From NCBI RefSeq assembly GCF_023914155.1, contig NZ_JAMWYS010000053.1, positions 117,339-149,338 on the forward strand: 32,000 nucleotides of DNA, written 5' to 3'. Both the position numbers and the translations under genes were made by a program. Each line of letters begins with the position of its first letter. The first letter of the stretch is position 1. This DNA comes from Solitalea agri. GTDB lineage: Bacteria; Bacteroidota; Bacteroidia; Sphingobacteriales; Sphingobacteriaceae. The notes beneath the pieces were generated by a model, which saw only the letters and a program-made list of their open reading frames with translations, was not told the DNA's origin and did not search any database. Positions 8,405 through 17,293 of this stretch are shown here, piece after piece.

Positions 8405-8965
8405 ATGAATTCACAGTTTGAAAATGATGCTCAATTAATTAATGGTCCATCTGTTTCTCCTTTAAAAACGGCACTTAAATACGGGCTCTATATGGGCTTG
8501 GGAATTATTATTTTCTCATTGATTATGTATACAATGAGCGTTCCTCTGGATTCTAAACTGTATTATATTCAATATGGAGTTTACATTGCTGCAATTTGGT
8601 TCGGAATCAAGTATCATCGGGATATTGATCTAGGCGGATACATGAGCTACGGTAGAGGCTTAGGTTGTGGAACTCTAATAGCCCTTGTTGGGGGTATCAT
8701 TGGTGCAGTTTATTCATTTATTTTATTCAAATACATAGATCCAGATCTTGTTAATCAAATTTTTGCAGTACAAGAAAAATCAATGCTTGAGAGTGGACAA
8801 TCTCAAGAGCAAGTCGATCAAGCTATTAATATGTCAAAGAAATTCATGACACCAGCTATGATGGGGACAATAGGCGTTGTGGTTTCACTCTTTTCAGGCT
8901 TTATAGTATCTCTGGTATTGGCTTTTATTCTTAAAAAAGAGAAGGCCATGTTTGGTGTTCAATAA
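8405..8965 (+). CDS. DUF4199-like small integral membrane protein
   Basis: 186 aa with about four hydrophobic helices and a central soluble stretch (DPDLVNQIFAVQEKSMLESGQSQEQVDQAINMSKKF). Both the architecture and the position upstream of a GT2 gene are typical of Bacteroidota DUF4199. The family assignment is from memory only. Confidence 0.55.
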   Translation: MNSQFENDAQLINGPSVSPLKTALKYGLYMGLGIIIFSLIMYTMSVPLDSKLYYIQYGVYIAAIWFGIKYHRDIDLGGYMSYGRGLGCGTLIALVGGIIGAVYSFILFKYIDPDLVNQIFAVQEKSMLESGQSQEQVDQAINMSKKFMTPAMMGTIGVVVSLFSGFIVSLVLAFILKKEKAMFGVQ

Positions 8966-8995
8966 TCAGTTTTTGTTAAGAACTTTTATATTTTT

Positions 8996-9026
8996 GTCCC
9001 GCTCAAAAAGCGGGACATTATTTTTT
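8996..9026 (+). terminator. rho-independent terminator
   Basis: GTCCCGCT (8996-9003) pairs with AGCGGGAC (9009-9016) around the loop caaaa, followed by attatttttt. Confidence 0.75.
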
Positions 9027-9047
9027 AAGAAGGTTAGTCATTTATAG

Positions 9048-9998
9048 ATGAAAGATATTTCAATCGTAGTTCCATCGTATAACGAGGATGAATCGTTGCC
9101 AGAGTTAGAAGCTTGGATTGCTCGTGTAATGCAGGAAAATAACTTTACCTATGAGGTGATTTTTATCGATGACGGAAGTACCGATAAAACCTGGCAGGTA
9201 ATTGAAGCGCTGGAAAATAAAAATGATAATGTTCGTGGAATCAAGTTCCGTAGAAATTATGGTAAATCAGCGGCTTTAAATGTGGGTTTTGAAGCATCTA
9301 ATGGTCGTGTTGTAATTACTATGGATGCCGATTTACAGGATAGTCCGGATGAAATTCCTGCTTTGTACAATAAAATAGTTAATGAAGGGTATGATTTGGT
9401 TTCGGGTTGGAAGAAGAAACGCTATGATCCGATCACCAAAACAATTCCTACCAAGTTTTTCAATGCGGCTACACGTAAAATGTCGGGTATTGAACTTAAC
9501 GACTTCAACTGCGGATTAAAGGCTTACAGTCATGATGTGGTTAAAAGCATAGAAGTTTATGGAGAAATGCATCGCTATGTGCCTGTAATTGCAAAATGGG
9601 CAGGCTTTAAGAAAATAGGGGAGCAAGTAGTTGAACACCGCGCACGTAAATATGGCACTACCAAATTTGGCATGAGCCGTTTTATTAATGGTTTTCTTGA
9701 TTTGCTGTCGATTTTCTTTGTCGGTAAGTTCTCAAAACGTCCAATGCACTTTTTCGGGTCAATGGGAGTGTTGAGTTTCTTTATTGGCTTCTTTGTTACC
9801 ATTTGGTTAATTGCTGAGAAACTGGTTTCCATTGCTCGTCATGTTCCTTATCGCGATGTAACCAGCAACCCTTTATTCTATATAGCACTAATTGCTATTG
9901 TTATAGGTTTTCAATTGTTCCTTACCGGGTTTTTAGCTGAACTGGTTTCAAGAAATGCTCCGGAACGTAACGCATACCATATAGAAAAAGAAGTGTAG
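9048..9998 (+). CDS. family 2 glycosyltransferase, polyprenol-phosphate sugar transferase type (GtrB/ArnC/DPM1-like) with two C-terminal TM helices
   Basis: Motifs SIVVPSYNEDESL, FIDDGSTDKT and DADLQD (DxD), plus C-terminal hydrophobic helices. Confidence 0.85.
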   Translation: MKDISIVVPSYNEDESLPELEAWIARVMQENNFTYEVIFIDDGSTDKTWQVIEALENKNDNVRGIKFRRNYGKSAALNVGFEASNGRVVITMDADLQDSPDEIPALYNKIVNEGYDLVSGWKKKRYDPITKTIPTKFFNAATRKMSGIELNDFNCGLKAYSHDVVKSIEVYGEMHRYVPVIAKWAGFKKIGEQVVEHRARKYGTTKFGMSRFINGFLDLLSIFFVGKFSKRPMHFFGSMGVLSFFIGFFVTIWLIAEKLVSIARHVPYRDVTSNPLFYIALIAIVIGFQLFLTGFLAELVSRNAPERNAYHIEKEV

Positions 9999-10002
9999 TT
10001 TC

Positions 10003-10085
10003 AATTTGAAAATGTGATGATTTGAAAATTTGAAAATGGAATAAGTGCGTTAAATCTGCTTACACATTTTCAAATTTTTATTTTT
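10003..10085 (+). terminator. perfect 14-bp inverted repeat with a 46-nt spacer and T-rich tail; possible terminator of the GT2 gene
   Basis: aatttgaaaatgtg (10003-10016) is the exact reverse complement of cacattttcaaatt (10063-10076), followed by ttttatttttat. An alternative shorter pairing is ttgaaaatg (10030-10038) with cattttcaa (10065-10073). Confidence 0.5.
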
Positions 10086-10115
10086 ATAGAAAACAAGAAG
10101 TTCTAATTCGAAAGT

Positions 10116-10147
10116 TTTCAAATTTTCAAATTCCCAAATTTTCAAAT
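10116..10147 (+). repeat. four tandem 8-mers (TTTCAAAT, TTTCAAAT, TCCCAAAT, TTTCAAAT) abutting the GT4 start codon
   Basis: Read directly from 10116-10147; the ATG is at 10150. Opposite-orientation copies (ATTTGAAA) are at 10004-10011, 10020-10027 and 10028-10035, and one more TTTCAAAT is at 10068-10075. Confidence 0.8.
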
Positions 10148-10149
10148 TA

Positions 10150-11292
10150 ATGAAAATCATACTTGTTGGTCCTGCTTATCCTTACCGTGGAGGAATCGCC
10201 CAAAGTCAGTCTATTTTATTTCAGGAGCTGTTAAAAGACAATGAAGTAAGTATCGTTAACTTCAAGCGACAATATCCGGGTTTTCTGTTTCCAGGGAAAA
10301 GTCAATTTGAAGATGGGGGGGATGCCTTTGGTATTCCAGTGGAAAAGAATCAACGATTGATTGATATACTAAATCCAATTTCGTGGATCAGCTCGGGAAT
10401 AAAAATAGCACGTCGAAAGCCCGACGTAGTGATCTTTTCATATTGGATGCCTTTTTTTGCTCCTTGTTATGCTAAAATAGCCTTCTTTATTAATAGGTTT
10501 TGTAAAACAAAGATCTTGCTGATTTGTCACAATATCCTTCCTCATGAAAAGCAGCCCGGTCAAAACCTACTGACCAAAATTTTATTCGCACAAGTCGATG
10601 GTTTTATGGTGTTGAGTGAGAGTGTGGAGAATGATCTTAAAAAGTTCAATAAAACCAAGCCTTATCGCAATTCACCTCATCCTATCTACAATACATTTGG
10701 GGAAGCAATAACAAAGCAAGAGGCTAAACTTCAACTTAAAAAGTTATATGATGTTCAGGTTGAAGGTGAAAATACAATCCTGTTTTTTGGGTTTATCCGA
10801 AAGTATAAAGGACTTCATTATTTATTAGATTCACTTCCAAAAGTATTGAAGCAGCAAAGGGTGAAGCTATTGGTAGTTGGCGAATATTATGAGGACGAGC
10901 AACCCTACAAAGATCAAATCGAACAATTAGGCATAGAGGCTGAGGTTATCCAGGTATCTAAATATGTGCCCAATGAGCATATCCGTTATTTCTTTTGTGC
11001 CGCCGATTTAGTAGTCCAGCCCTATGTTTCAGCTACCCAAAGCGGTATTTCGCAGATTGCTTATTTCTACAATCGTCCAATGATAAGTACCAGGGTAGGT
11101 GCTTTAAGCGAAGTGGTTGTAGATGGTAAAACAGGCTTCATTGTTACCCCTGAAAATAGCCTGGAGCTCGCAGAGGCCATCAATCAGTTTTATTCACAGA
11201 ATCTAGAGGCAGAGTTTGCTGCTAATATCGATAAGGAGAAAGAAAAATATTCCTGGGAGTATTTTGTGAGCAAACTAAAGGAGCTCTTTTAA
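10150..11292 (+). CDS. family 4 (GT-B, group 1) glycosyltransferase
   Basis: 380 aa. The C-terminal half shows the GT4 pattern FGFIRKYKG...LLVVGE...QPYVSATQSGISQIAYFYNRPMISTRVGALSEVVVDGKTGFIV, with EX7E-like spacing. Confidence 0.8.
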   Translation: MKIILVGPAYPYRGGIAQSQSILFQELLKDNEVSIVNFKRQYPGFLFPGKSQFEDGGDAFGIPVEKNQRLIDILNPISWISSGIKIARRKPDVVIFSYWMPFFAPCYAKIAFFINRFCKTKILLICHNILPHEKQPGQNLLTKILFAQVDGFMVLSESVENDLKKFNKTKPYRNSPHPIYNTFGEAITKQEAKLQLKKLYDVQVEGENTILFFGFIRKYKGLHYLLDSLPKVLKQQRVKLLVVGEYYEDEQPYKDQIEQLGIEAEVIQVSKYVPNEHIRYFFCAADLVVQPYVSATQSGISQIAYFYNRPMISTRVGALSEVVVDGKTGFIVTPENSLELAEAINQFYSQNLEAEFAANIDKEKEKYSWEYFVSKLKELF

Positions 11293-11414
11293 AACTGCTT
11301 ATATTCTACCTAATTTCTTCCTGCTTTTAACAACTACTTTTTATTTTTTCATGGGGTAAAAAGTCGAGGCTGATGGTAATAGTATTGATTGAATACACAA
11401 TCTATTTAACCATT

Positions 11415-12617
11415 ATGAAGCGACTATTAATCTTTTTATTAATTACTCTGCCTTTTTTAGGCTTTTCACAGCAAACTAATTTTATACCTGGTACTTGGGA
11501 AGCCATTGTTGCTAAGGCCAAGGCAGAAAACAAACCCATCTTTGTTGACTGTTATTTTGAGGGTTGCATGCCTTGCAAACAAATGGATTTAACTGTTTAT
11601 ACTAATAAATCTGTAGCAGAGTTCCTGAATGAAAAGTTTATCAGCTATAAGATCGATGTTTTTAAAGAGGCAGACGGTAAAATGTTTTGCAAAAAATACG
11701 GATTACGAGGCTTTCCTTCTTTTTTATTTATTGCCCCAAATGGAAAACTGATTGATCAAAGCAGTGGCTTTATAGGAGCCAATCGATTTGCAAACTATTT
11801 AAATGAAGTAAACACCTCTTTTAAGGCTGAGAAATTTTTAGCGTATTCGATCAGGATGGATGAAAGTTACCCGATGTTTTACTCTGAAACAATTGAAAAG
11901 AGGACCCGGAAAACTACTCCTGAAGAAATAAATGCATTTTTTGATGCTCAAAAGAACCTATTCACAGAACAGGTTTTTAATGTTCTTACTTACTTTGGCA
12001 CCCCTCAAAACTATATCGACTGGCACTTGACAAATGCAGTGAAATTAAGCAAGCTATTTGGACGTATGCCTGTTAGAAATCAATTATTATCGATCGTGTC
12101 AAAAAAAGCAAAAGTGTTTGCTGCTGAAAAGAACACTGATGGATATGAAAAACTGTTGTTGCAAATCAAACCATTATTTATCGATGGAGAATGGTTGAGA
12201 TTTGAAAAGATCTTTAATGAAGAATATTTCAAAGATTCTAAAGATGTTGTTTGGTATATGAATACCGTTGAGCAGTCATCGAGTTATGATTGGGCTGACA
12301 AAACTAAAGTGATCGCTGATGTTCTTCCATTAATAAAAGAAAACTCAGGTCAGCTAAACCAATTGAAAGCCTGGTTTAATGGTAAACTATCTACTAACGT
12401 TCCACAATGCGATTTTTACAATGCTGCTGTTATTGAGCTGTATCTGCAGAATTATGACGCAGCGACTGTTTTAGTAAATAAAATGAAAGAAGGAGAGAAG
12501 TCTTACTTGCTGAAAACGGATGATATGCTTGCCTTACAGCAGGCAATTGATCAGAAAACCCCTGAGACATTTAAGCCAACTAAAGCATATAATGTAAAAC
12601 CATTATTAATGGATTAA
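11415..12617 (+). CDS. secreted thioredoxin-fold protein (CxxC = CMPC) with a C-terminal domain of unknown function
   Basis: The in-frame ATG at 11415 gives the signal peptide MKRLLIFLLITLPFLGFSQQ. The thioredoxin-like block is KPIFVDCYFEGCMPCKQMD...GLRGFPSFLFIAPNGKLI. The track start at 11373 adds 14 residues ahead of the signal peptide, which is unlikely. Confidence 0.7.
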   Translation: MKRLLIFLLITLPFLGFSQQTNFIPGTWEAIVAKAKAENKPIFVDCYFEGCMPCKQMDLTVYTNKSVAEFLNEKFISYKIDVFKEADGKMFCKKYGLRGFPSFLFIAPNGKLIDQSSGFIGANRFANYLNEVNTSFKAEKFLAYSIRMDESYPMFYSETIEKRTRKTTPEEINAFFDAQKNLFTEQVFNVLTYFGTPQNYIDWHLTNAVKLSKLFGRMPVRNQLLSIVSKKAKVFAAEKNTDGYEKLLLQIKPLFIDGEWLRFEKIFNEEYFKDSKDVVWYMNTVEQSSSYDWADKTKVIADVLPLIKENSGQLNQLKAWFNGKLSTNVPQCDFYNAAVIELYLQNYDAATVLVNKMKEGEKSYLLKTDDMLALQQAIDQKTPETFKPTKAYNVKPLLMD

Positions 12618-12668
12618 CTGCGCCCCTTGTTTAAATAGAACCAACCGAAAGCCACATGATGGCTGATT

Positions 12669-12697
12669 AAGGCAGTCGATTGACTGCCTTATTTTTT
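12669..12697 (+). terminator. rho-independent terminator
   Basis: aaggcagtc (12669-12677) pairs with gactgcctt (12682-12690) around the loop gatt, followed by atttttt. Confidence 0.8.
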
Positions 12698-12730
12698 GCT
12701 GCATTTCTGTTCATCTTCCTCATTAACTTA

Positions 12731-12738
12731 TATATTTG
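12731..12738 (+). promoter_or_regulatory. candidate -7 box (TATATTTG) immediately upstream of the GH3-family gene
   Basis: TAnnTTTG match ending 6 nt before the ATG at 12745, just after the terminator at 12669-12697. If used, the mRNA would be leaderless or nearly so. Confidence 0.3.
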
Positions 12739-12744
12739 CCGCCT

Positions 12745-14247
12745 ATGGGTCTTAAATCACTATTAAGTAAGCCTCTGGCCTGGTATACAGCAACTAAAAT
12801 CCGTAAATGGAACACGCAAGCTGTTGAATTACAGGAAAAATGGTTGTATAAATTGGTAAATGATGCTAAGGGGACGCTCTATGGTTTGGAACATCAGTTT
12901 GGAACTATCAAATCCTATGATGATTTCAAACAGCAAGTTCCGGTAGGTGATTATGAGCAATTAAAGCCATATATAGAAAAGGTTGTTCATGGTGATAGTA
13001 ACATACTGTGGCCTGGAAAACCCTTATATTTTGCAAAAACTTCCGGAACAACTTCCGGAGTAAAATATATTCCCATTTCTAAGGAATCAATGCCGGAGCA
13101 TGTGAATGCCGCTCGTAATGCATTATTGCTTTATATAGCCGAAACTGGCAAGGCGGCCTTTGTTGATGGTAAAATGATCTTTTTACAAGGTAGTCCTGAA
13201 ATGGAAGAAAAGAATGGTATTCAGGTTGGACGTTTATCGGGGATTTCTGCGCACTACGTTCCGGGTTATCTTCAGAAAAACCGTCTTCCTTCATGGGAAA
13301 CCAATTGTATTGACGATTGGGAACATAAGGTGGATGCAATCGTAGAAGAAACGGTAAATGAGAACATGACGCTGATTTCTGGGATTCCACCCTGGGTTCA
13401 AATGTATTTTGATAGACTTACTGCTAAAACAGGGAAGGCAATAAAAGATATTTTTCCAAATTTTGGGCTATTTGTTTACGGAGGGGTAAATTTTGAACCT
13501 TACCGTTCTAAACTGGAAAAAAGCATTGGTAAGCGTATCGATTCCATTGAAACTTATCCGGCTTCAGAAGGATTTATTGCTTTTCAGGATTCACAGAAAG
13601 AAAAGGGATTGTTACTGAATGTTGATGCAGGTATTTTCTTTGAATTTATTCCTGTTGATGAGTACTTCAATACAAACCCTAAACGTGTTTGGTTGAAAGA
13701 TGTGGAGTTAGATAAGAATTACGCCATTATTCTGAATACCAATGCAGGATTATGGGGATATAGCATCGGTGATACCGTTAAATTTGTATCAAAAGATCCT
13801 TATCGCATCATTGTTACAGGCCGAATTAAGCATTTTATATCGGCATTTGGCGAACACGTAATCGGCGAGGAAGTGGAGTATTCATTAATGAAGGTGGCCA
13901 AAGAAGAGGGGGTTGATGTGGTAGAGTTCACCGTAGCGCCTCAGGTAAATGACCCTGAAGGAGGAATGCCGTTTCATGAGTGGTTTGTTGAATTTGGAGA
14001 ACATAAACCTAAAGATCTGAATGCTTTTCGTTTAAAGGTAGATCAGTTGATGCAGCAAAAAAATGTTTATTACTTTGATTTGATTGAAGGTAATGTGCTG
14101 CAGAATTTAAAAATCAGAAATATGAGTAAAGACGCATTTATTAACTATATGCGTTCAAAAGGTAAATTGGGTGGGCAGAATAAAGTGCCTCGCTTAGCTA
14201 ACGACCGCGCAATTGCAGATGAGTTGAGTGAGTATGTAATGAAATAA
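12745..14247 (+). CDS. GH3 auxin-responsive-promoter family protein (acyl-adenylate-forming, ANL-like)
   Basis: It has the P-loop-like motif FAKTSGTTSGVKYIPIS, and its ~500-aa size is typical of bacterial GH3 homologs. I prefer ATG 12745 to the TTG at 12736 used by the ORF track. Confidence 0.8.
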   Translation: MGLKSLLSKPLAWYTATKIRKWNTQAVELQEKWLYKLVNDAKGTLYGLEHQFGTIKSYDDFKQQVPVGDYEQLKPYIEKVVHGDSNILWPGKPLYFAKTSGTTSGVKYIPISKESMPEHVNAARNALLLYIAETGKAAFVDGKMIFLQGSPEMEEKNGIQVGRLSGISAHYVPGYLQKNRLPSWETNCIDDWEHKVDAIVEETVNENMTLISGIPPWVQMYFDRLTAKTGKAIKDIFPNFGLFVYGGVNFEPYRSKLEKSIGKRIDSIETYPASEGFIAFQDSQKEKGLLLNVDAGIFFEFIPVDEYFNTNPKRVWLKDVELDKNYAIILNTNAGLWGYSIGDTVKFVSKDPYRIIVTGRIKHFISAFGEHVIGEEVEYSLMKVAKEEGVDVVEFTVAPQVNDPEGGMPFHEWFVEFGEHKPKDLNAFRLKVDQLMQQKNVYYFDLIEGNVLQNLKIRNMSKDAFINYMRSKGKLGGQNKVPRLANDRAIADELSEYVMK

Positions 14248-14253
14248 ATTAAA

Positions 14254-14279
14254 CCACAGGGTTGCACAGAGTGACACGG
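14254..14279. repeat. left arm of the inverted repeat flanking the GxxExxY gene
   Basis: The arm is ccacagggttgcacagagtgacacgg. CACAG-like pentamers start at 14255, 14265 and 14274, giving a period of about 10 nt. See the right arm at 14690-14714. Confidence 0.65.
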
Positions 14280-14687
14280 AATAGTATATTACCTCCACAT
14301 CTCCAACATAAAACTGTGAATTTAAATACTATTTCAGGTCAGATTTTAAAATCTGCCTTCTCGGTCCATTCTGAATTGGGGCCAGGATTATTGGAATCTT
14401 CTTATGAAGCGTGCCTTGCATATGAACTTATTTCAAATGGCTTAAAAGTAGAGGTGCAAAAACCTTTGCCACTCATTTATAAAAATGTTAAGCTTGATTG
14501 TGGCTATAGAATTGATATTTTAGTCGAAAATTCTGTAATTGTTGAGCTAAAGACCGTTGATAGCTTTAATGATGTACATTTGGCGCAAATTTTAACATAC
14601 ATGAAATTATCAGGCAAATCATTGGGTTTATTATTGAACTTTAATGTTAATAGCCTGAAAAATGGAATAAAACGAGTTGTTCTTTAA
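14262..14687 (+). CDS. GxxExxY protein (PD-(D/E)xK nuclease-fold family)
   Basis: It contains LGPGLLESSYEACLAYEL (G-LL-E-SS-Y) followed by RIDILVENSVIVELK, a D...E-x-K nuclease-like core. There is no in-frame ATG near the 5' end. The start is either TTG 14262 or, more likely given the family's ~120-125 aa size, GTG 14316. Confidence 0.8.
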   Translation: MHRVTRNSILPPHLQHKTVNLNTISGQILKSAFSVHSELGPGLLESSYEACLAYELISNGLKVEVQKPLPLIYKNVKLDCGYRIDILVENSVIVELKTVDSFNDVHLAQILTYMKLSGKSLGLLLNFNVNSLKNGIKRVVL

Positions 14688-14689
14688 AA

Positions 14690-14714
14690 CTGTGTAACTC
14701 AGTGTACACTGTGG
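14690..14714. repeat. right arm of the inverted repeat flanking the GxxExxY gene
   Basis: The arm is ctgtgtaactcagtgtacactgtgg. Its reverse complement ccacagtgtacactgagttacacag matches the left arm at 20 of 26 aligned columns with one 1-nt gap, by my hand alignment. Confidence 0.65.
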
Positions 14715-14737
14715 TAAGTCAATTCAACAATTTAACA

Positions 14738-15904
14738 ATGAATCAAATAAAGAATATTAAGCGTATCGCTATTTTAGGATCGAGTGGGTCGATTGGTACG
14801 CAAGCCTTAGAGGTGATACAGGCAAATCCTGATAAGTTTAAGGCTGAAGTTTTAACCGTTAATGGCAATGCCGAATTGTTGATTCAGCAGGCACTGCAGT
14901 TTAATCCCCGTGCAGTAGTTATTGCCGATGAAAGTAAGTACCAACTGGTTAAAGAAGCACTTTCTTCAACATCAATTTTAGTATTTGCTGGAGAAGCCGC
15001 ATTGTCAGAAGTGGTAACTTTTGATACGGTTGATATGGTGCTGACTGCTTTAGTGGGCTATGCGGGTCTAAAACCTACCATTTCAGCGATTAAATCAAAA
15101 AAAGATATTGCTTTAGCCAATAAGGAAACCCTTGTGGTGGCAGGTGATCTGGTAACTGAACTGGCTCGTGCAAACAATGTAAATATTCTTCCGGTTGATT
15201 CTGAGCATTCGGCAATTTTTCAATGTTTAGTTGGCGAAGAGCATAACCCTATTGAAAAGATTATTCTTACAGCTTCCGGCGGGCCATTCAGAGGAAAGGG
15301 TCTTAACGAACTTCAGCATGTTACCAAACAGCAAGCACTTAAACACCCCAATTGGAGCATGGGTGCCAAGATTACCATCGATTCTGCCAGTTTAATGAAT
15401 AAGGGTTTAGAGGTAATTGAGGCTAAATGGTTGTTTGATTTGACAATCGATCAGATTGAAGTGGTGGTACATCCACAATCAATTGTTCATTCGTTGGTGC
15501 AATTCACAGATGGTTCTATAAAAGCCCAACTAGGTTTGCCCGATATGAAATTGCCTATTCAATACGCAATGGCATATCCGCAGAGAATAAAAAATGTTTT
15601 TCCACGTTTTAGCTTTGCTGATTTTGCTAACCTTACATTTGAAGCTCCGGATACAAAAACGTTTCGCAATTTAGCCTTGGCTTTTGATGCCCTGGCAATA
15701 GGGGGGAACTGCCCTTGTGTCATAAATGCTGCCAACGAAGTGGTAGTGGAGGCATTTTTGAAGGAGAAGATCGGCTTCTTGCAAATGTCAGATATAATTG
15801 AAGAATGCATGCAGACAGTAGCCAAAGTGGCTAAACCTAGTTATGAGGATTACGTTTTTACTGATAAAGAAGCCCGTATAAAAGCTTTTGAACTAATAAG
15901 TTAA
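14738..15904 (+). CDS. dxr: 1-deoxy-D-xylulose 5-phosphate reductoisomerase
   Basis: Motifs ILGSSGSIGTQAL (NADPH site), LANKETLV, VDSEHSAIFQC, HPNWSMG and NKGLEVIEA. ATG 14738 is preferred; the track's GTG 14702 extension overlaps the repeat arm. Confidence 0.93.
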   Translation: MNQIKNIKRIAILGSSGSIGTQALEVIQANPDKFKAEVLTVNGNAELLIQQALQFNPRAVVIADESKYQLVKEALSSTSILVFAGEAALSEVVTFDTVDMVLTALVGYAGLKPTISAIKSKKDIALANKETLVVAGDLVTELARANNVNILPVDSEHSAIFQCLVGEEHNPIEKIILTASGGPFRGKGLNELQHVTKQQALKHPNWSMGAKITIDSASLMNKGLEVIEAKWLFDLTIDQIEVVVHPQSIVHSLVQFTDGSIKAQLGLPDMKLPIQYAMAYPQRIKNVFPRFSFADFANLTFEAPDTKTFRNLALAFDALAIGGNCPCVINAANEVVVEAFLKEKIGFLQMSDIIEECMQTVAKVAKPSYEDYVFTDKEARIKAFELIS

Positions 15905-15922
15905 GTTCATAAGATTATTGTT

Positions 15923-15930
15923 TAATTTTG
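15923..15930 (+). promoter_or_regulatory. candidate -7 box (TAATTTTG) upstream of rseP
   Basis: TAnnTTTG match 23 nt before the ATG at 15953, in the 48-nt dxr-rseP spacer. It may be a chance match. Confidence 0.25.
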
Positions 15931-15952
15931 ACCTGTAATTTTTAACGCTATA

Positions 15953-17281
15953 ATGAGTGGATTAATCATGGCGGCCCAGTTGTTGGCCGGTCTTTCAATT
16001 TTGGTAGTATTGCATGAGTTGGGGCATTATTTAGCGGCCCGCGCTTTTGGGATTAAAGTGGAGAAGTTTTACCTTTTTTTTGATGCCTGGGGAGTAAAGC
16101 TTTTCAGTTTTAAAAAGGGTGATACAGAGTATGGTATCGGTTGGTTGCCATTGGGTGGTTATGTGAAAATTGCCGGAATGATCGATGAGTCAATGGATGT
16201 AGAAGCCATGAAGCAGCCTGCTCAGCCTTGGGAGTTTCGTTCTAAACCAGCCTGGCAGCGTTTGGTAGTAATGTTGGGTGGTGTATTTGTGAATGTGTTG
16301 GTTGGTATTTTTATCTTCTGGATGCTGACATTTAAATACGGCGAAACTTATTTACCTAATTCTGAAGCTAAAAATGGGATTGAAGCCTACCCTTTAGCTC
16401 AGGAAATCGGCTTAAAAACTGGTGATAAAATAAAAGCTATTGATGGTAAACCATTTAAACGCTTTAATGATTTGATAAGTCCTAAAGTGTTATTTGGAAA
16501 TGTTGATCTGCAAGTTGATCGTAATGGTAAGGACACTACCGTACATATTCCTGCTAATTTCATTGAAAAAGTATCAGATGTAGAAGGTGGCAAAAATGCA
16601 TTTATTGTTCCACGTTCGGCCTTTGTTGTTGAACAGGTTGAGTTAGGAAGTAATGCAGATAAAGCCGGACTGAAAAGTGGTGACAAGATCTTGTACATAG
16701 ACTCAACCAAGATCACCTATTTTGATGAAGTTAAAACTGCCCTGGCAGCACGAAAAGATAAAAATGCCAAACTAGTTGTTGAGCGGGGAGGAAAAGATGT
16801 ACAGTTGGATGTTAAGGTTACTAATGAAGGCAAAATTGGGTTCGGTCCAAGACTTACAGGCTTGAACTTTAAAGTGGATAAATTTAGTTTGGTAGCAGCA
16901 TTGCCTGTTGGCGCAGAGAAAGCTAAACAAACATTGGTTGATCAGACTAAAGGCTTTGGTAAGATTATTCGTGGCGAAGTAAAAGCAACCAAAGCAGTAC
17001 AAGGACCGATTGGTATGGCACAGTTATATGGAAGCACCTTCGATTGGATTAACTTCTGGACATTAACCGGCTTGATCTCGCTTGTCCTAGCCTTTATGAA
17101 CTTATTGCCAATTCCTGCTTTAGATGGTGGTCATGCAGTTTTCCTGATTGTTGAAATGATCAAAGGAAAGCCTTTAAGTGACAAATTCATGGAACGCGCT
17201 CAAGTTGTGGGTTTTGTGATTTTAATTGGCTTGATGATCTTTGCTTTTGGTAACGATATTTTTAAATCGTTTATAAAATAA
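15953..17281 (+). CDS. rseP: RIP site-2 zinc metalloprotease
   Basis: HELGHY (HExxH) lies in the first TM helix. There are central PDZ-like regions and the C-terminal motif NLLPIPALDGGH. dxr-rseP is a classical gene pairing. Confidence 0.9.
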   Translation: MSGLIMAAQLLAGLSILVVLHELGHYLAARAFGIKVEKFYLFFDAWGVKLFSFKKGDTEYGIGWLPLGGYVKIAGMIDESMDVEAMKQPAQPWEFRSKPAWQRLVVMLGGVFVNVLVGIFIFWMLTFKYGETYLPNSEAKNGIEAYPLAQEIGLKTGDKIKAIDGKPFKRFNDLISPKVLFGNVDLQVDRNGKDTTVHIPANFIEKVSDVEGGKNAFIVPRSAFVVEQVELGSNADKAGLKSGDKILYIDSTKITYFDEVKTALAARKDKNAKLVVERGGKDVQLDVKVTNEGKIGFGPRLTGLNFKVDKFSLVAALPVGAEKAKQTLVDQTKGFGKIIRGEVKATKAVQGPIGMAQLYGSTFDWINFWTLTGLISLVLAFMNLLPIPALDGGHAVFLIVEMIKGKPLSDKFMERAQVVGFVILIGLMIFAFGNDIFKSFIK

Positions 17282-17293
17282 AATGATTTGTTG

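Noticed and set aside
10003-10147. Possible CRISPR or minisatellite array
   Set aside because: The repeat unit is only 8 nt, the copies are contiguous or inverted with no unique spacers, and no cas genes are present. I report it instead as a short-period intergenic repeat.
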